Notes under the pieces: generated by a model
Seen by the model: only the letters and a program-made list of their open reading frames with translations
Database searches by the model: none
Told to the model about the DNA's origin: nothing
Assembly (NCBI GenBank): GCA_016190485.1
Contig: JACPQN010000139.1
Location: 1-61,426 of the forward strand
Direction: 5' to 3'
DNA length: 61,426 bases
DNA from: Chloroflexota bacterium
GTDB taxonomy: Bacteria; Chloroflexota; Dehalococcoidia; SHYD01
Made by a program: the position numbers and the translations under genes
Part shown: in pieces, positions 35,547 to 44,380 of the stretch
Layout of the letters: each line of letters begins with the position of its first letter
How positions within the stretch are numbered: position 1 is the first letter of the stretch

Positions 35547-36461
35547 ATGAGCTTCACAAGAGTGCACCACGTGGGGCTGGTCACCGGCGATCTGGACCAG
35601 GCACGGCACGTGTTCTGTGATGGCTTCGGGCTGGCCGTGGATGAGCACCGCACGCCTTTGCCCGGACGCACTAAGGGCGGCGACACTGTGCTGGAGTTCC
35701 CCGTTGGGGAGATGTACTACGAAGTGAGCAAGCCCAGCAACGAGACCAGCCCCGCGGGCCGCTTCATGGCGGAGAGCGGTGGCCGGGGTGGCATGCACTA
35801 CGTCGCCATCGCATCGGCCAACATTGCGGAGGACGTGCGCCGCCTCACCTCCCACGGCGTCAAGCTGGAGGGACAGTGGGATGGCAAGGGCCCGGTCTTC
35901 CTGGACAAGACCACCACCCTGGGCCTGCAGCTCCAGATCACCCCTGAAGAGCACTACTACGTCCATCCCCACTTCAGGGGCAATGGCAACATGACGGGCA
36001 TGGCCCACATCGGCATCGCGGCCCGCAGCGCCGCGGAAATCCGCCACCTCTGGGGCGAGGTCTTCGGCCTGGTGGAGGACAAAGGGGCCGAGCGCGGGCT
36101 GGAGCCACCAGCGCGGACCGGCGAGCGCCGTGCCGCCGACGATCCTGTCCACCTGGTCGAGTTCCCGCTGGGCGGAACGGTCATCGAGACCAGCATCCCC
36201 ACCACCGAGGACAGCGGCACCGCCCGCTTGGTGCAGACCCGGGCCACCATGGGCGCCACGTGGCATCACACCTGCCCCTATGCGCCTGACGGCCACCGGT
36301 TTCTGGAGGACGCCGTGGCTGCTGGAATCCAGCAGATCGGCAGCGTGCCGCCCAGGGAGCAGACCCGCCGCATCACCGGCTGGCTCCACCCCCGGAGCTG
36401 CCTGGGGATGTTGGTGGAGGTCTGGAACCGCCCGCCGGGGCCGGGCCACTACCAGGGCTAG
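35547..36461 (+). CDS. Two-domain VOC (glyoxalase/dioxygenase/epimerase) family protein
   Basis: ATG preceded by GGAGGAGG. VHHVGLVTGDLDQARHVF and a second module MAHIGIAARSAAEIRHLW. Confidence 0.8.
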   Translation: MSFTRVHHVGLVTGDLDQARHVFCDGFGLAVDEHRTPLPGRTKGGDTVLEFPVGEMYYEVSKPSNETSPAGRFMAESGGRGGMHYVAIASANIAEDVRRLTSHGVKLEGQWDGKGPVFLDKTTTLGLQLQITPEEHYYVHPHFRGNGNMTGMAHIGIAARSAAEIRHLWGEVFGLVEDKGAERGLEPPARTGERRAADDPVHLVEFPLGGTVIETSIPTTEDSGTARLVQTRATMGATWHHTCPYAPDGHRFLEDAVAAGIQQIGSVPPREQTRRITGWLHPRSCLGMLVEVWNRPPGPGHYQG

Positions 36462-36489
36462 GTCCTCGGCAGTCCCATAGGTCTCATAG

Positions 36490-36523
36490 CCGGGCGGCAG
36501 AGGGCCGGCCCTCTGCCGCCCGG
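36490..36523. terminator. Perfect 17-bp-arm palindrome CCGGGCGGCAGAGGGCC/GGCCCTCTGCCGCCCGG between convergent genes
   Basis: Read directly. No U-tract, so its function as a bidirectional terminator is inferred from position only. Confidence 0.5.
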
Positions 36524-36579
36524 TGCTGTCCCTGCCTAGCTACCCGGAGTCTCGGGGCCAACCGGGGTCCCTCCGGCGG

Positions 36580-37905
36580 CTATGGCGCCCGTTCGGCGTC
36601 GTCCATCACCGTGGCCCGCACCTCGGCGGGTAACCCGCTGTGCCGGTGGGCCTGTTCATCGGCGGGCACACCCCGGAGCTCCGCCCGCCGCAGCGCCGGA
36701 AAGAGGAGGGCCACGCAGCCCAGGCCCGCCATACCCGCCAGCATGAAGGTGGATACCGCATCTGGCGCGTTCCACTGCTCTATGGCGAGGCCCATAGCCA
36801 GGGCCCCCACCGGCTCGATGCCGCCGCTCATGCTGTGCAGGGCCATGACCCGTCCCCGCATCTCATTGCTGGAGGCGAGCTGGAACAGGGTGTTGGAGAG
36901 CACTCCCGAGATAGAGTTGCAGACCCCCGCTCCGACAAGGAAAGCCATGGACAGGGGCAGCCAGTCGGCGCGCGCGAAGGCGCCCACCAGCGCGATGTAC
37001 ACGAAATGGGCGCCCAGAAAGACCAGTCCTTTCCGGCGGACATCGCCCAGGTAGGCCAGGACGCTTAGGCCAATGAGGGACCCCCAGCCGACCCCGGTGG
37101 CCAGGATGCCGAAGGTCTCCGGCCCGCCGTGGAGCACATCCCTGGCGAAGATGGGGAGGAACTGGATGTAGGGGTACACCAGCAGCGGCGCCACGGAGGT
37201 GGCGATGATGAGCGCCCGGATCACAGGATGGCTGAGGCTGTAGCGCAGGCCGTCTACCAGGCTGGTGAGGGCAGAGACCCGGGCCGGCCCCGGGCGACGG
37301 GTCTCCTGCACCTGGATGGCCATGGTGAGGGCCATGGCCAGTAGCTTCAGCGCTGTGAGCACAAAGAAGGTGCTGGCCGTGCCGAAGAGCCCCAGCACCG
37401 CGCCGGCCAGGGGCGGTCCCGTGACCCGGGCTAAGTTCTGTGCCAGAGAGTTGACGGTCATGGCGTTCGTGAGGAGCTCCAGCCGGGTCAAATCGTATAC
37501 CAGAGCCTGGCGCACCGGTTGCGTCACGCCGCTGGTCAGGCCGGAGACGATGGAGAACGCGTAGAGGTGCCACAACTCCACCAGATTCGTCTCCACCAGC
37601 ATGGCCAACGCCAGCGCTTGGATCACGCCCACGGCCGTGGTCCACACCAGGACGTTCCGCCGGTTGTAGCGGTCCGCCAGCACACCTGCCGGGATGGAGG
37701 CTGCCAGGATCATGATGCCCTGGAGGAAGGTGACTACCCCCAGCTGCGTGGCCGACCCCGTGACCTCCAGCACCAGCCACCCCATGCCGATGCGCTGCAC
37801 CCACTGGCCGAAGCCCAGGGCCGCGCTGCTGAAGGTGAGATAGCGGAAGCTCCGCTGCCCCAAGGAGGCGAAGCTCTGGGTTATTCTATGAGGGATGAAC
37901 CCCAT
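36580..37905 (-). CDS. MFS transporter
   Basis: 441 aa with about 12 hydrophobic segments and an MFS_3-like N-terminus [16 protein letters not shown]. Confidence 0.85.
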   Translation of the reverse strand: MGFIPHRITQSFASLGQRSFRYLTFSSAALGFGQWVQRIGMGWLVLEVTGSATQLGVVTFLQGIMILAASIPAGVLADRYNRRNVLVWTTAVGVIQALALAMLVETNLVELWHLYAFSIVSGLTSGVTQPVRQALVYDLTRLELLTNAMTVNSLAQNLARVTGPPLAGAVLGLFGTASTFFVLTALKLLAMALTMAIQVQETRRPGPARVSALTSLVDGLRYSLSHPVIRALIIATSVAPLLVYPYIQFLPIFARDVLHGGPETFGILATGVGWGSLIGLSVLAYLGDVRRKGLVFLGAHFVYIALVGAFARADWLPLSMAFLVGAGVCNSISGVLSNTLFQLASSNEMRGRVMALHSMSGGIEPVGALAMGLAIEQWNAPDAVSTFMLAGMAGLGCVALLFPALRRAELRGVPADEQAHRHSGLPAEVRATVMDDAERAP

Positions 37906-38419
37906 CGTTCCCGATTCCTCCGTGGCCGTCTATCTCGGGCTGGGCGCTAACCTGGGCGACCGCAAGGCCAATCTCCGGCAGGGCCTGGCGCTCCTGCGGA
38001 GTCTCGGCACCGTGGAGCAGGTGTCCAGCCTGTACGAGACGGAACCTGTGGGCTACCCAGACCAGCCACGCTTCCTCAACGCCGTGTGCGCCCTCCGGAC
38101 AGCGGCCTCGCCCCAGGAGGTGCTGGCCAGGGCCAAGGCGGCGGAGCGCCTCACGGGGCGCGTGCCTGCGGTGCGGTACGGCCCGCGTACCCTGGACCTG
38201 GACCTGTTGCTCTACGGCGATCTGGTGCTGGCTACGACTTCGCTGACTATCCCCCATCCCCGTCTGGCAGAGCGACGCTTTGTCCTGGCGCCCCTGGCGG
38301 AGATAGCCCCTCTGGTGCGCCACCCCGTGCTGGGACGCACCGCTGCGGAGCTATTGGCCGCGCTGCCCGAAGGCAATGGGGTTGTGCTGGCCCAGGGTCC
38401 CGGGTGGTGGAAGTCCTAG
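37895..38419 (+). CDS. folK: 2-amino-4-hydroxy-6-hydroxymethyldihydropterin pyrophosphokinase
   Basis: [39 protein letters not shown] and [16 protein letters not shown]. An alternative GTG start at 37922 would remove the 11-nt head-to-head overlap with the MFS gene. Confidence 0.88.
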   Translation: MNPIVPDSSVAVYLGLGANLGDRKANLRQGLALLRSLGTVEQVSSLYETEPVGYPDQPRFLNAVCALRTAASPQEVLARAKAAERLTGRVPAVRYGPRTLDLDLLLYGDLVLATTSLTIPHPRLAERRFVLAPLAEIAPLVRHPVLGRTAAELLAALPEGNGVVLAQGPGWWKS

Positions 38420-38461
38420 CTCGTGGAAGGAGTGACGCTCGGCAGAGGGCGGGCCACCCGC

Positions 38462-38695
38462 TTAATACCGTGAGCCACCCCGTGGTTCGCCGCTCTGCCC
38501 CGGAGGAGGGCCGCCCTCTGTGGAGATGAAGGTCCAACCCACCCAGAAGAGCAGGGTCATGCTCACTATCACCATGGCCGCTACGGGGATGGCCACCGCC
38601 CACCACTCCTGCATGGCCAGGCCCCAGAGGACCACCACCGTGACTCCCAGGGCCAGCAGGCAGAGCGCGATGCCCGCGAGGACGCCTCGCTCCAT
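38462..38695 (-). CDS. Small two-TM membrane protein (77 aa)
   Basis: Internal ATG of the 141-aa track ORF. MERGVLAGIALCLLALGVTVVVLWGLAMQEWWAVAIPVAAMVIVSMTLLFWVGW. Weak RBS. Confidence 0.35.
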   Translation of the reverse strand: MERGVLAGIALCLLALGVTVVVLWGLAMQEWWAVAIPVAAMVIVSMTLLFWVGWTFISTEGGPPPGQSGEPRGGSRY

Positions 38696-38739
38696 TACCT
38701 CAGGCCCCGCTGCAGCCAGACCGAAGGGGAAGCAGCGAG

Positions 38740-38925
38740 CTACGCATTGCGTAGCTGAGGGGGCAGGAGGTTGGGAATGGAGTCCGTGATGGGGTAGGTC
38801 TCCGGGCACTTCCTGCAGAGCAGGGAGCCGATGACGATCTCGTCCTGTTCCTCTTTCTCCACCGTGAGCTCCAACGGGCTCTTGCACACCGGGCAGGCGA
38901 GGATGTCCATCAGATCACGCTTCAT
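38740..38925 (-). CDS. Trm112-family zinc-ribbon protein
   Basis: MKRDLMDILACPVCKSPL...CRKCPETYPITDSIPNLL. ATG at 38925 with AAGGAG upstream. Confidence 0.75.
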   Translation of the reverse strand: MKRDLMDILACPVCKSPLELTVEKEEQDEIVIGSLLCRKCPETYPITDSIPNLLPPQLRNA

Positions 38926-39123
38926 GCTCCACCGACTCCTTGGGAAGGATGCTGTCAAGCCAGGTCGGGCCCCGACGGGGCGCGCTAAGCGTAGCCAAGG
39001 GGCATCTGGTTGTCAACGGCAACCGCCGCCGGAGAGCGCTCGCCAAGCTCGAAGCACCGGCTTGAACACCCTCTCGCAGCACACCCCGGCACGGGCGTAT
39101 AATGGGAATGAGCAGGAGGCGCC

Positions 39124-40098
39124 GTGGCGGCTCAGCCGGACTATTACGAGATCCTTCAGGTGCATCCCTCTGCCGAGCCGGAGGTAGTGCAGGCCGCCTA
39201 CCGCCGCCTCTCCCTCAAGTACCACCCCGACGTCTACAGTGGCCCCGACGCGCATCAGCGCATGGCCCTCCTCAACCAGGCCTACCAGGTCCTGAGCGAT
39301 CCGTCGCAGCGTTCTGCCTACGATCGCCAGCGCGCGGGCGCCCGGTCACGTAGCGTAGGCCCGGCCACGCCGGTGCTCCAGGTAACGCCCCTGGAGGTCC
39401 ACGTGGGCGCCCTGCCCAAGGGCCGCAGCCGGACGGCGACGATCCACATCACCAACGGTGGCCCTGGCAAGCTCTCAGGCCTGGTGGTCAGTCACGTCCC
39501 CTGGCTTCAGGTCTCGCCGTCCCAGTTTGAGGGGAATGACCTGGACATCGTGCTCCGGATTCAGGGGGACCGCCCTGGGGAGTTCGGCGCGCTAACGGCA
39601 GTGGAGGTCTACTCCAACGGCGGTCGCGTTCCTATCCACGTGCGGGGCGTCGTCCAGGAGCAGAACAGGTCACAGCCGCCGGACGCGCCACCACGGGCCT
39701 CCATGGCCCGCGGGCCCGTGGCGAGACGACCGACTACGGACATCGCTCGGCCCCTGGGGCCTTTCGCCCGGCTCCCCTTTATGGCCTGGGTGGCCATCGG
39801 CACTGCGGTGAGCAGCGTGGTGTGGTTCAACATCGCGCCCGGTCTGGCGCTGATCCCCTTGGGCTTGGGGGCGTGGCTCGTGTGGGAGCGCCTGATGCGG
39901 GATCATGCGGCAGACGTCCACCAGCAGGGCCATGAAGCGTCTCGTCAGGGGCCAACCCTCGCCCGGTGCCGGGTGTGCCACGCTGCGTCGAATCTTGCTA
40001 CGGCTCGCAAATGCCCTCGGTGTGGAGGCGCCATCTGCTTTGCCTGCGGCGCATGCGCGTGCACGAGCGGGCGTGGACGTGGCCGCACGCCCCTCTAG
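39124..40098 (+). CDS. J-domain (DnaJ-like) membrane protein with a C-terminal Cys-rich zinc-ribbon
   Basis: DYYEILQVHPSAEPEVVQAAYRRLSLKYHPD. Two TM segments. CRVCHAAS...CPRCGGAICFACGACAC. Confidence 0.8.
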   Translation: MAAQPDYYEILQVHPSAEPEVVQAAYRRLSLKYHPDVYSGPDAHQRMALLNQAYQVLSDPSQRSAYDRQRAGARSRSVGPATPVLQVTPLEVHVGALPKGRSRTATIHITNGGPGKLSGLVVSHVPWLQVSPSQFEGNDLDIVLRIQGDRPGEFGALTAVEVYSNGGRVPIHVRGVVQEQNRSQPPDAPPRASMARGPVARRPTTDIARPLGPFARLPFMAWVAIGTAVSSVVWFNIAPGLALIPLGLGAWLVWERLMRDHAADVHQQGHEASRQGPTLARCRVCHAASNLATARKCPRCGGAICFACGACACTSGRGRGRTPL

Positions 40099-40117
40099 CC
40101 CCCCACTCCCGGCGGCC

Positions 40118-41065
40118 ATGGCCACCCCTCGGGCCAACGTCATCATTCCCAACTGGAACGGCGCGCACCTCCTCCCCACCTGCCTTGACGCCCTGCGGGC
40201 CCAGAGCTTTGGGGACTTCGAGGCCGTGGTGGTGGACAACGGGTCCACCGATGGCAGCCGCCCCCTGCTGGCGCAGGCCTATCCTGAAGTGAGGGTCATG
40301 CTCCTGCCAGAGAACCGGTACTTTGCCGGGGCCGTGAACCGCGCCATCACGGAGACCTCTGCGCCCCTGGTGGTCCTTCTGAACAACGACACGGAAGCGG
40401 AGCCGGCGTGGCTGGGCCGGCTGGTGGGCGCGCTGGATGCGCATCCGGAGGCGGGCATGGCCACCAGCAAGCTGCTCCTCTTTGACCGGCGCACGGTGCT
40501 CCACTCGGCGGGCGACTACTACACCCTGCGGGGACAGCCGGGCAACCGCGGCGTGTGGGAGGAGGACCAGGGGCAGTACGATGGGGATCAGATGGTGTTC
40601 AGCGCCTGTGGCGGCGCGGCCGCCTACCGCCGCAGCATGCTGGAGGAGATCGGCCTCTTCGACGAGGACCTGGTGGCCTACTGCGAGGACGTGGACCTGG
40701 CCTTCCGCGCCCAGCTCGCCGGCTACACCTGCGTCTTTGTCCCCGAGGCGCGCGTCTACCACCGCCTGAGCGCCACCGGTGGTGGGACTCTGGCTAGCTA
40801 CTACTGTGGGCGCAATTTCATCGGCGTGGCCGCCAAGAACATGCCCTCCAGCCTGCTGCGGCGCCACTGGCTGCGCATCCTGCGGAGCCAGGCCGCGCAC
40901 GTGTGGGGAGCCCTCCGCCACGTGCGGGAGCCTGCGGCCCGGGCGCGCCTGCGCGGCCAGCTCGCCGGCCTGGTGGCGTTGCCCCGCATGTGGCGCAAAC
41001 GCCGGGCCGTCTTTGCCCTCCAGCGTGTGCCCGATGCCTATATCGAGTCCATTCTGCTCCCCTGA
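40118..41065 (+). CDS. Family 2 glycosyltransferase
   Basis: ATG at 40118. NVIIPNWNGAHLLPTCLDAL, VVVDNGSTDGS and CGGAAAYRRSML. Confidence 0.85.
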   Translation: MATPRANVIIPNWNGAHLLPTCLDALRAQSFGDFEAVVVDNGSTDGSRPLLAQAYPEVRVMLLPENRYFAGAVNRAITETSAPLVVLLNNDTEAEPAWLGRLVGALDAHPEAGMATSKLLLFDRRTVLHSAGDYYTLRGQPGNRGVWEEDQGQYDGDQMVFSACGGAAAYRRSMLEEIGLFDEDLVAYCEDVDLAFRAQLAGYTCVFVPEARVYHRLSATGGGTLASYYCGRNFIGVAAKNMPSSLLRRHWLRILRSQAAHVWGALRHVREPAARARLRGQLAGLVALPRMWRKRRAVFALQRVPDAYIESILLP

Positions 41066-41852
41066 GGCGCCGGCCATCGCGACCCCCCTCCGCAGCGTCG
41101 TCATTCCGGCCTACAACGAAGAGCACCGGATCGGCCGGACGCTGGACCGGGTGGCGGCCTACCTGGGCGCGCTGCCGCAGAACTTCGAGGTCATCGTGGT
41201 GGATGACGGGAGCGGGGACGGCACCAAGGCCATGGTGGAGGCTTGGGTGGCCCGCATGCCCCCCAACGTGCGGCTGCTCCTCCTGAGCCACCACCCCAAC
41301 CGGGGCAAGGGCGCCGCCGTCCGGGAGGGTTGTCTGGCCGCCCAGGGCAGCGCCGTGCTCTTCACCGACGCCGATCTGGCCACGCCCATAGAGGAGGCCC
41401 AGAAGCTGTGGGCTGCGCTGGACGCTGGCTACGACCTGGCCATCGGCACCCGGGTCCAGCCCGATGGCAGAGACATGCGGGCCAGCCAGCCCCCTTACCG
41501 CCGCTGGCTGGGGAAGCTGTACCACCTGCTGGTGGGGCTGGTGGGCGTGCGGGGAGTGCAGGACACCCAGTGTGGCTTTAAGGCCTTTACCAGAGAGACG
41601 GCCCGCCGTCTCTTCGAGGCGCAGCAACTCTCGGGCATCGTCTTCGACACGGAGCTCCTCTACCTGGCTCAGAGGGCCGGGCTGCGCATCGCTCAGGTGC
41701 CCGTGGTGTGGACCAACGTCGGCGGCTCCCGGATGCGGGTGACCCTCCGCCAGGCCCTGGTGGTGCTGCGAGACCTTCTCTCCATCCGACTGCGCCATCT
41801 GCGTACGCCGGCGGGGCCGAGCATGGCCGCCAAGGAGCCTCCCTCTCGCTGA
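41034..41852 (+). CDS. Family 2 glycosyltransferase, polyprenyl/dolichyl-phosphate beta-glucosyltransferase-like
   Basis: SVVIPAYNEEHRIGRTLD, IVVDDGSGDGT, TDADLATP and QCGFKAF. The start at 41034 is provisional (32-nt overlap with the previous gene). Confidence 0.8.
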   Translation: MPISSPFCSPEAPAIATPLRSVVIPAYNEEHRIGRTLDRVAAYLGALPQNFEVIVVDDGSGDGTKAMVEAWVARMPPNVRLLLLSHHPNRGKGAAVREGCLAAQGSAVLFTDADLATPIEEAQKLWAALDAGYDLAIGTRVQPDGRDMRASQPPYRRWLGKLYHLLVGLVGVRGVQDTQCGFKAFTRETARRLFEAQQLSGIVFDTELLYLAQRAGLRIAQVPVVWTNVGGSRMRVTLRQALVVLRDLLSIRLRHLRTPAGPSMAAKEPPSR

Positions 41853-41867
41853 GCGCATCCCTTTTAC

Positions 41868-42000
41868 CCTTGCACCTTGGACCTTGGACTTTGGACCTTG
41901 GACTTTGGACCTTGGACTTTGCACCTTGGACTTTGCACCTTGGACCTTGAACCTTGGACCTTGAACCTTGGACCTTGAACCTTGGACCTTGAACCTTGCA
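41868..42000. repeat. 19 tandem heptanucleotides (CCTTGGA / CTTTGGA / CCTTGAA / CCTTGCA)
   Basis: Units counted directly from 41868 to 42000. Confidence 0.9.
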
Positions 42001-42006
42001 CCTGCC

Positions 42007-42035
42007 TTGTCCCTCTGTGGCCCGCAGACTACAAT
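42007..42035 (+). promoter_or_regulatory. Candidate promoter TTGTCC, 17 nt, TACAAT, directly abutting the heptad array
   Basis: Hexamers at 42007-42012 and 42030-42035. The gene starts at 42067. Confidence 0.4.
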
Positions 42036-42066
42036 ACGGGCGACATCTAAGCCTCGGGAGGCAGCT

Positions 42067-42429
42067 ATGGATCTAAGAGAGCAGCTTCTCAACCAGTGCA
42101 AGACCATCGCAGTAGTGGGGATCTCCCCCAGGCCGGACCGGGACAGCCACGGCGTGGCCAAGTACCTTCAGGAGCAGGGCTACCGTGTCATCCCGGTAAA
42201 CCCGCTGGTCCAGGAGGTGCTGGGGGAGACCTGCTATCCCAGTCTCACGGCGGTGCCGGAGCCGGTGGACATGGTGGACATCTTCCGGCGGTCGGAGCTG
42301 GTGCTGCCGGTGGTCCAGGAGGCCATCCAGATCGGCGCCAGGGCCATCTGGATGCAGGATGGGGTGGTGAACCAGGAAGCCGCGGCCCTGGCGGAGGCGG
42401 CCGGCCTTGCCGTGGTGATGGACGACTGA
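42067..42429 (+). CDS. CoA-binding domain protein (YccU-like)
   Basis: ATG after GGGAGG. KTIAVVGISPRPDRDSHGVAKYLQEQGYRVIPVNP. Confidence 0.8.
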   Translation: MDLREQLLNQCKTIAVVGISPRPDRDSHGVAKYLQEQGYRVIPVNPLVQEVLGETCYPSLTAVPEPVDMVDIFRRSELVLPVVQEAIQIGARAIWMQDGVVNQEAAALAEAAGLAVVMDD

Positions 42430-42516
42430 ACCATGCGAGTGCATCGCCAGCTCTCCCGGCGGGAGAGCCCACAGGGATAGGCAGTATGCGCTGGGCGCCG
42501 TTATAGGGCATGGCGT

Positions 42517-43455
42517 ATGGAAAGGCCCCTCATGCCGCAGAGAGGAGTCGCAACCGCAAACCGGCTGGCGGTCGCGTTCCTGCTTACCCTGGCCGTGCTG
42601 GTAGCGGAAGTGGTGGGCGGGCTGCTCTCCAACAGCCTGGCTCTGCTGAGCGACGCGGGCCATGTCTTCACGGACCTGGTGGCCTTGGGCCTGAGTTGGT
42701 ACGGCCTGAGGCAGGCCGATCGCCCTGCCAGCTTCAGAATGACCTACGGCTACCATCGCGTGGGCATCTTTGTGGCTCTGGTCAACGCCGCCACCTTGAT
42801 TGGGATCGCCCTCCTCATCCTGTTGGAAGCTGCGCGCCGTCTGGCCGAGCCGCCCCAGGTGGCGGGCGATCTCATGTTGATAGTAGCCACGGGGGGCCTC
42901 GTGGCAAACCTCCTGGTCATGCTGATGCTGCGGGCCCACTTGAGTAACTTGACGGTACAGAGTGCTTTTCTGCACGTCACGGGAGATACGTTGGGCTCCC
43001 TGGCAGTGATCGGTGGAGGGGCGGTCATCCTCGTTTTTGGATGGCAGTGGATTGACCCTGTGGCCAGCATGGTCATCGCCGGGATCGTCACCTGGGGCTC
43101 CCTGCGGATCATCCGAGAAACGGTGAACATCCTGCTAGAGGCCACGCCGAGGGGCCTGGACGTGAGTGAGGTCGTCCGCAGCATCTATGGTATCCCGGCG
43201 GTAAAGGATGTGCACGACCTGCACATCTGGGCCATTACTCCTGAAATCAGGGCGCTGAGCTGCCATCTCCTGGTGGATGACGTGCCGGTCAGCCAGGGAG
43301 ACGCGGTCCTCGCCCGCCTCAACGAGTTGCTGGAGCGTCGGTTCGGCATCGGCCACAGCACCTTCCAGCTCGAGTGCCCGGGCTGTGATCCCAACGAGCT
43401 GTATTGTACCCTCACGCCCGAAGGGGAACCTCGCTCCGAAGTCCACGTTCACTAG
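42517..43455 (+). CDS. Cation diffusion facilitator family metal exporter (CzcD/ZitB-like)
   Basis: LSNSLALLSDAGHVFTDL, six TM segments, and a cytoplasmic domain with VHDLHIWAI. Confidence 0.88.
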   Translation: MERPLMPQRGVATANRLAVAFLLTLAVLVAEVVGGLLSNSLALLSDAGHVFTDLVALGLSWYGLRQADRPASFRMTYGYHRVGIFVALVNAATLIGIALLILLEAARRLAEPPQVAGDLMLIVATGGLVANLLVMLMLRAHLSNLTVQSAFLHVTGDTLGSLAVIGGGAVILVFGWQWIDPVASMVIAGIVTWGSLRIIRETVNILLEATPRGLDVSEVVRSIYGIPAVKDVHDLHIWAITPEIRALSCHLLVDDVPVSQGDAVLARLNELLERRFGIGHSTFQLECPGCDPNELYCTLTPEGEPRSEVHVH

Positions 43456-43461
43456 CCGGCT

Positions 43462-44190
43462 GTGAACCACCCTCCCGGGCCGTCCCGAACCGTTGTGGTC
43501 ATGCCCACCTACAACGAGCGCGCCAACCTGGCGGCCATGGTGCGGCGGCTCAAAGAGCTGGGCATTCCTGGGCTGTTTCTCCTGGTGGTGGACGACAGCT
43601 CCCCCGACGGTACGGGCGAGCTGGCCGATGGCTTGGCCCAGGACGACCCCGCCTTTCTCTTGGTGCTGCACCGCCCCCGCAAGATGGGGCTGGGCACCGC
43701 CTACGTGGCAGGCTTCCGCTGGGCGTTGGCCCACGACGCCGACTACGTCATCGAGATGGACGCGGACTTCTCGCATCCGCCCGAAGTCTTGCGACTGTTC
43801 CTGGAGAAGATCCGCGACTACGATGTGGTGGTGGGGTCCCGCTTCGCCCGAGGCGGCGCCCTCGATCCTAGCTGGGGGATCGGGCGAAGGCTGCTGAGCT
43901 GGGGCGGCAACCTCTACGCCCGTCTCCTGACGGGGCTGCCGGTGCTGGACGTGACGGCCGGCTTCAAGTGCTTCCGGCGGGCGGTCCTGGCCGCCATCGA
44001 CCTGGACCGGGTCCGGAGCGAAGGCTTCGCCTTCCAAGTGGAGATGGCCTATGCCTGCCACCGCAAGGGCTTCCGGGTGGCCGAGGTGCCCATCCGCTTC
44101 GTAGACCGCACGCAAGGGAAGTCCAAGATGTCCTGGAAGATCATCTGGGAGGCCTTCTGGCGAGTCGTGGAGATCCGGGGGCGCTACTAG
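43462..44190 (+). CDS. Polyprenol-monophosphate sugar synthase (Dpm1/GtrB/CsbB-like GT2)
   Basis: VVMPTYNERANL, VVDDSSPDGTG, MDADFSHPP and GFKCFRR. Confidence 0.85.
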   Translation: MNHPPGPSRTVVVMPTYNERANLAAMVRRLKELGIPGLFLLVVDDSSPDGTGELADGLAQDDPAFLLVLHRPRKMGLGTAYVAGFRWALAHDADYVIEMDADFSHPPEVLRLFLEKIRDYDVVVGSRFARGGALDPSWGIGRRLLSWGGNLYARLLTGLPVLDVTAGFKCFRRAVLAAIDLDRVRSEGFAFQVEMAYACHRKGFRVAEVPIRFVDRTQGKSKMSWKIIWEAFWRVVEIRGRY

Positions 44191-44340
44191 TAGTCCGTGA
44201 CTCATAAGTTGGGGAGCGAGGCCGTCTGTCCGCTCATGGTGAGCCGAGTTTACCCTGAGCTTGCCGAAGGGAACCATGAGCCGCTCGCCCTTCGACCCTT
44301 CGACTGCGCTCAGGGCAGGCAGGTTCAGGGTGAGCGGAAC
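44186..44340. repeat. Second copy of the REP-1 stem-loop core seen at 9436-9518; again begins with ACTAGT containing the upstream stop codon
   Basis: ACTAGT at 44186-44191 contains the TAG stop of the GT2 gene. The core spans 44232-44337 with an extra internal half-site. Confidence 0.7.
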
Positions 44341-44380
44341 CTGAACACCAGATCACCTGTCATCGATCCCTAGGGCCCCC

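Noticed and set aside
37895-37905. An 11-nt head-to-head overlap of the divergent MFS and folK start codons as a regulatory oddity.
   Set aside because: It is most simply explained by folK starting at the in-frame GTG at 37922 ([14 protein letters not shown]), which matches the usual short HPPK N-terminus.
39062-39103. Promoter for the J-domain gene using TTGAAC (39062) and a perfect TATAAT (39098-39103).
   Set aside because: The spacer would be 30 nt, and no acceptable -35 lies at 16-19 nt. Only the -10 is convincing.
42440-42516. Possible metal (NiCo/czcD-type) riboswitch upstream of the CDF exporter gene, with a hairpin CTCTCCC-GGC-GGGAGAG at 42451-42467.
   Set aside because: I cannot reproduce the conserved four-way-junction consensus from memory in this ~77-nt spacer. 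The hairpin may simply terminate the upstream gene. A covariance-model scan (Rfam czcD/NiCo) is needed before any claim.
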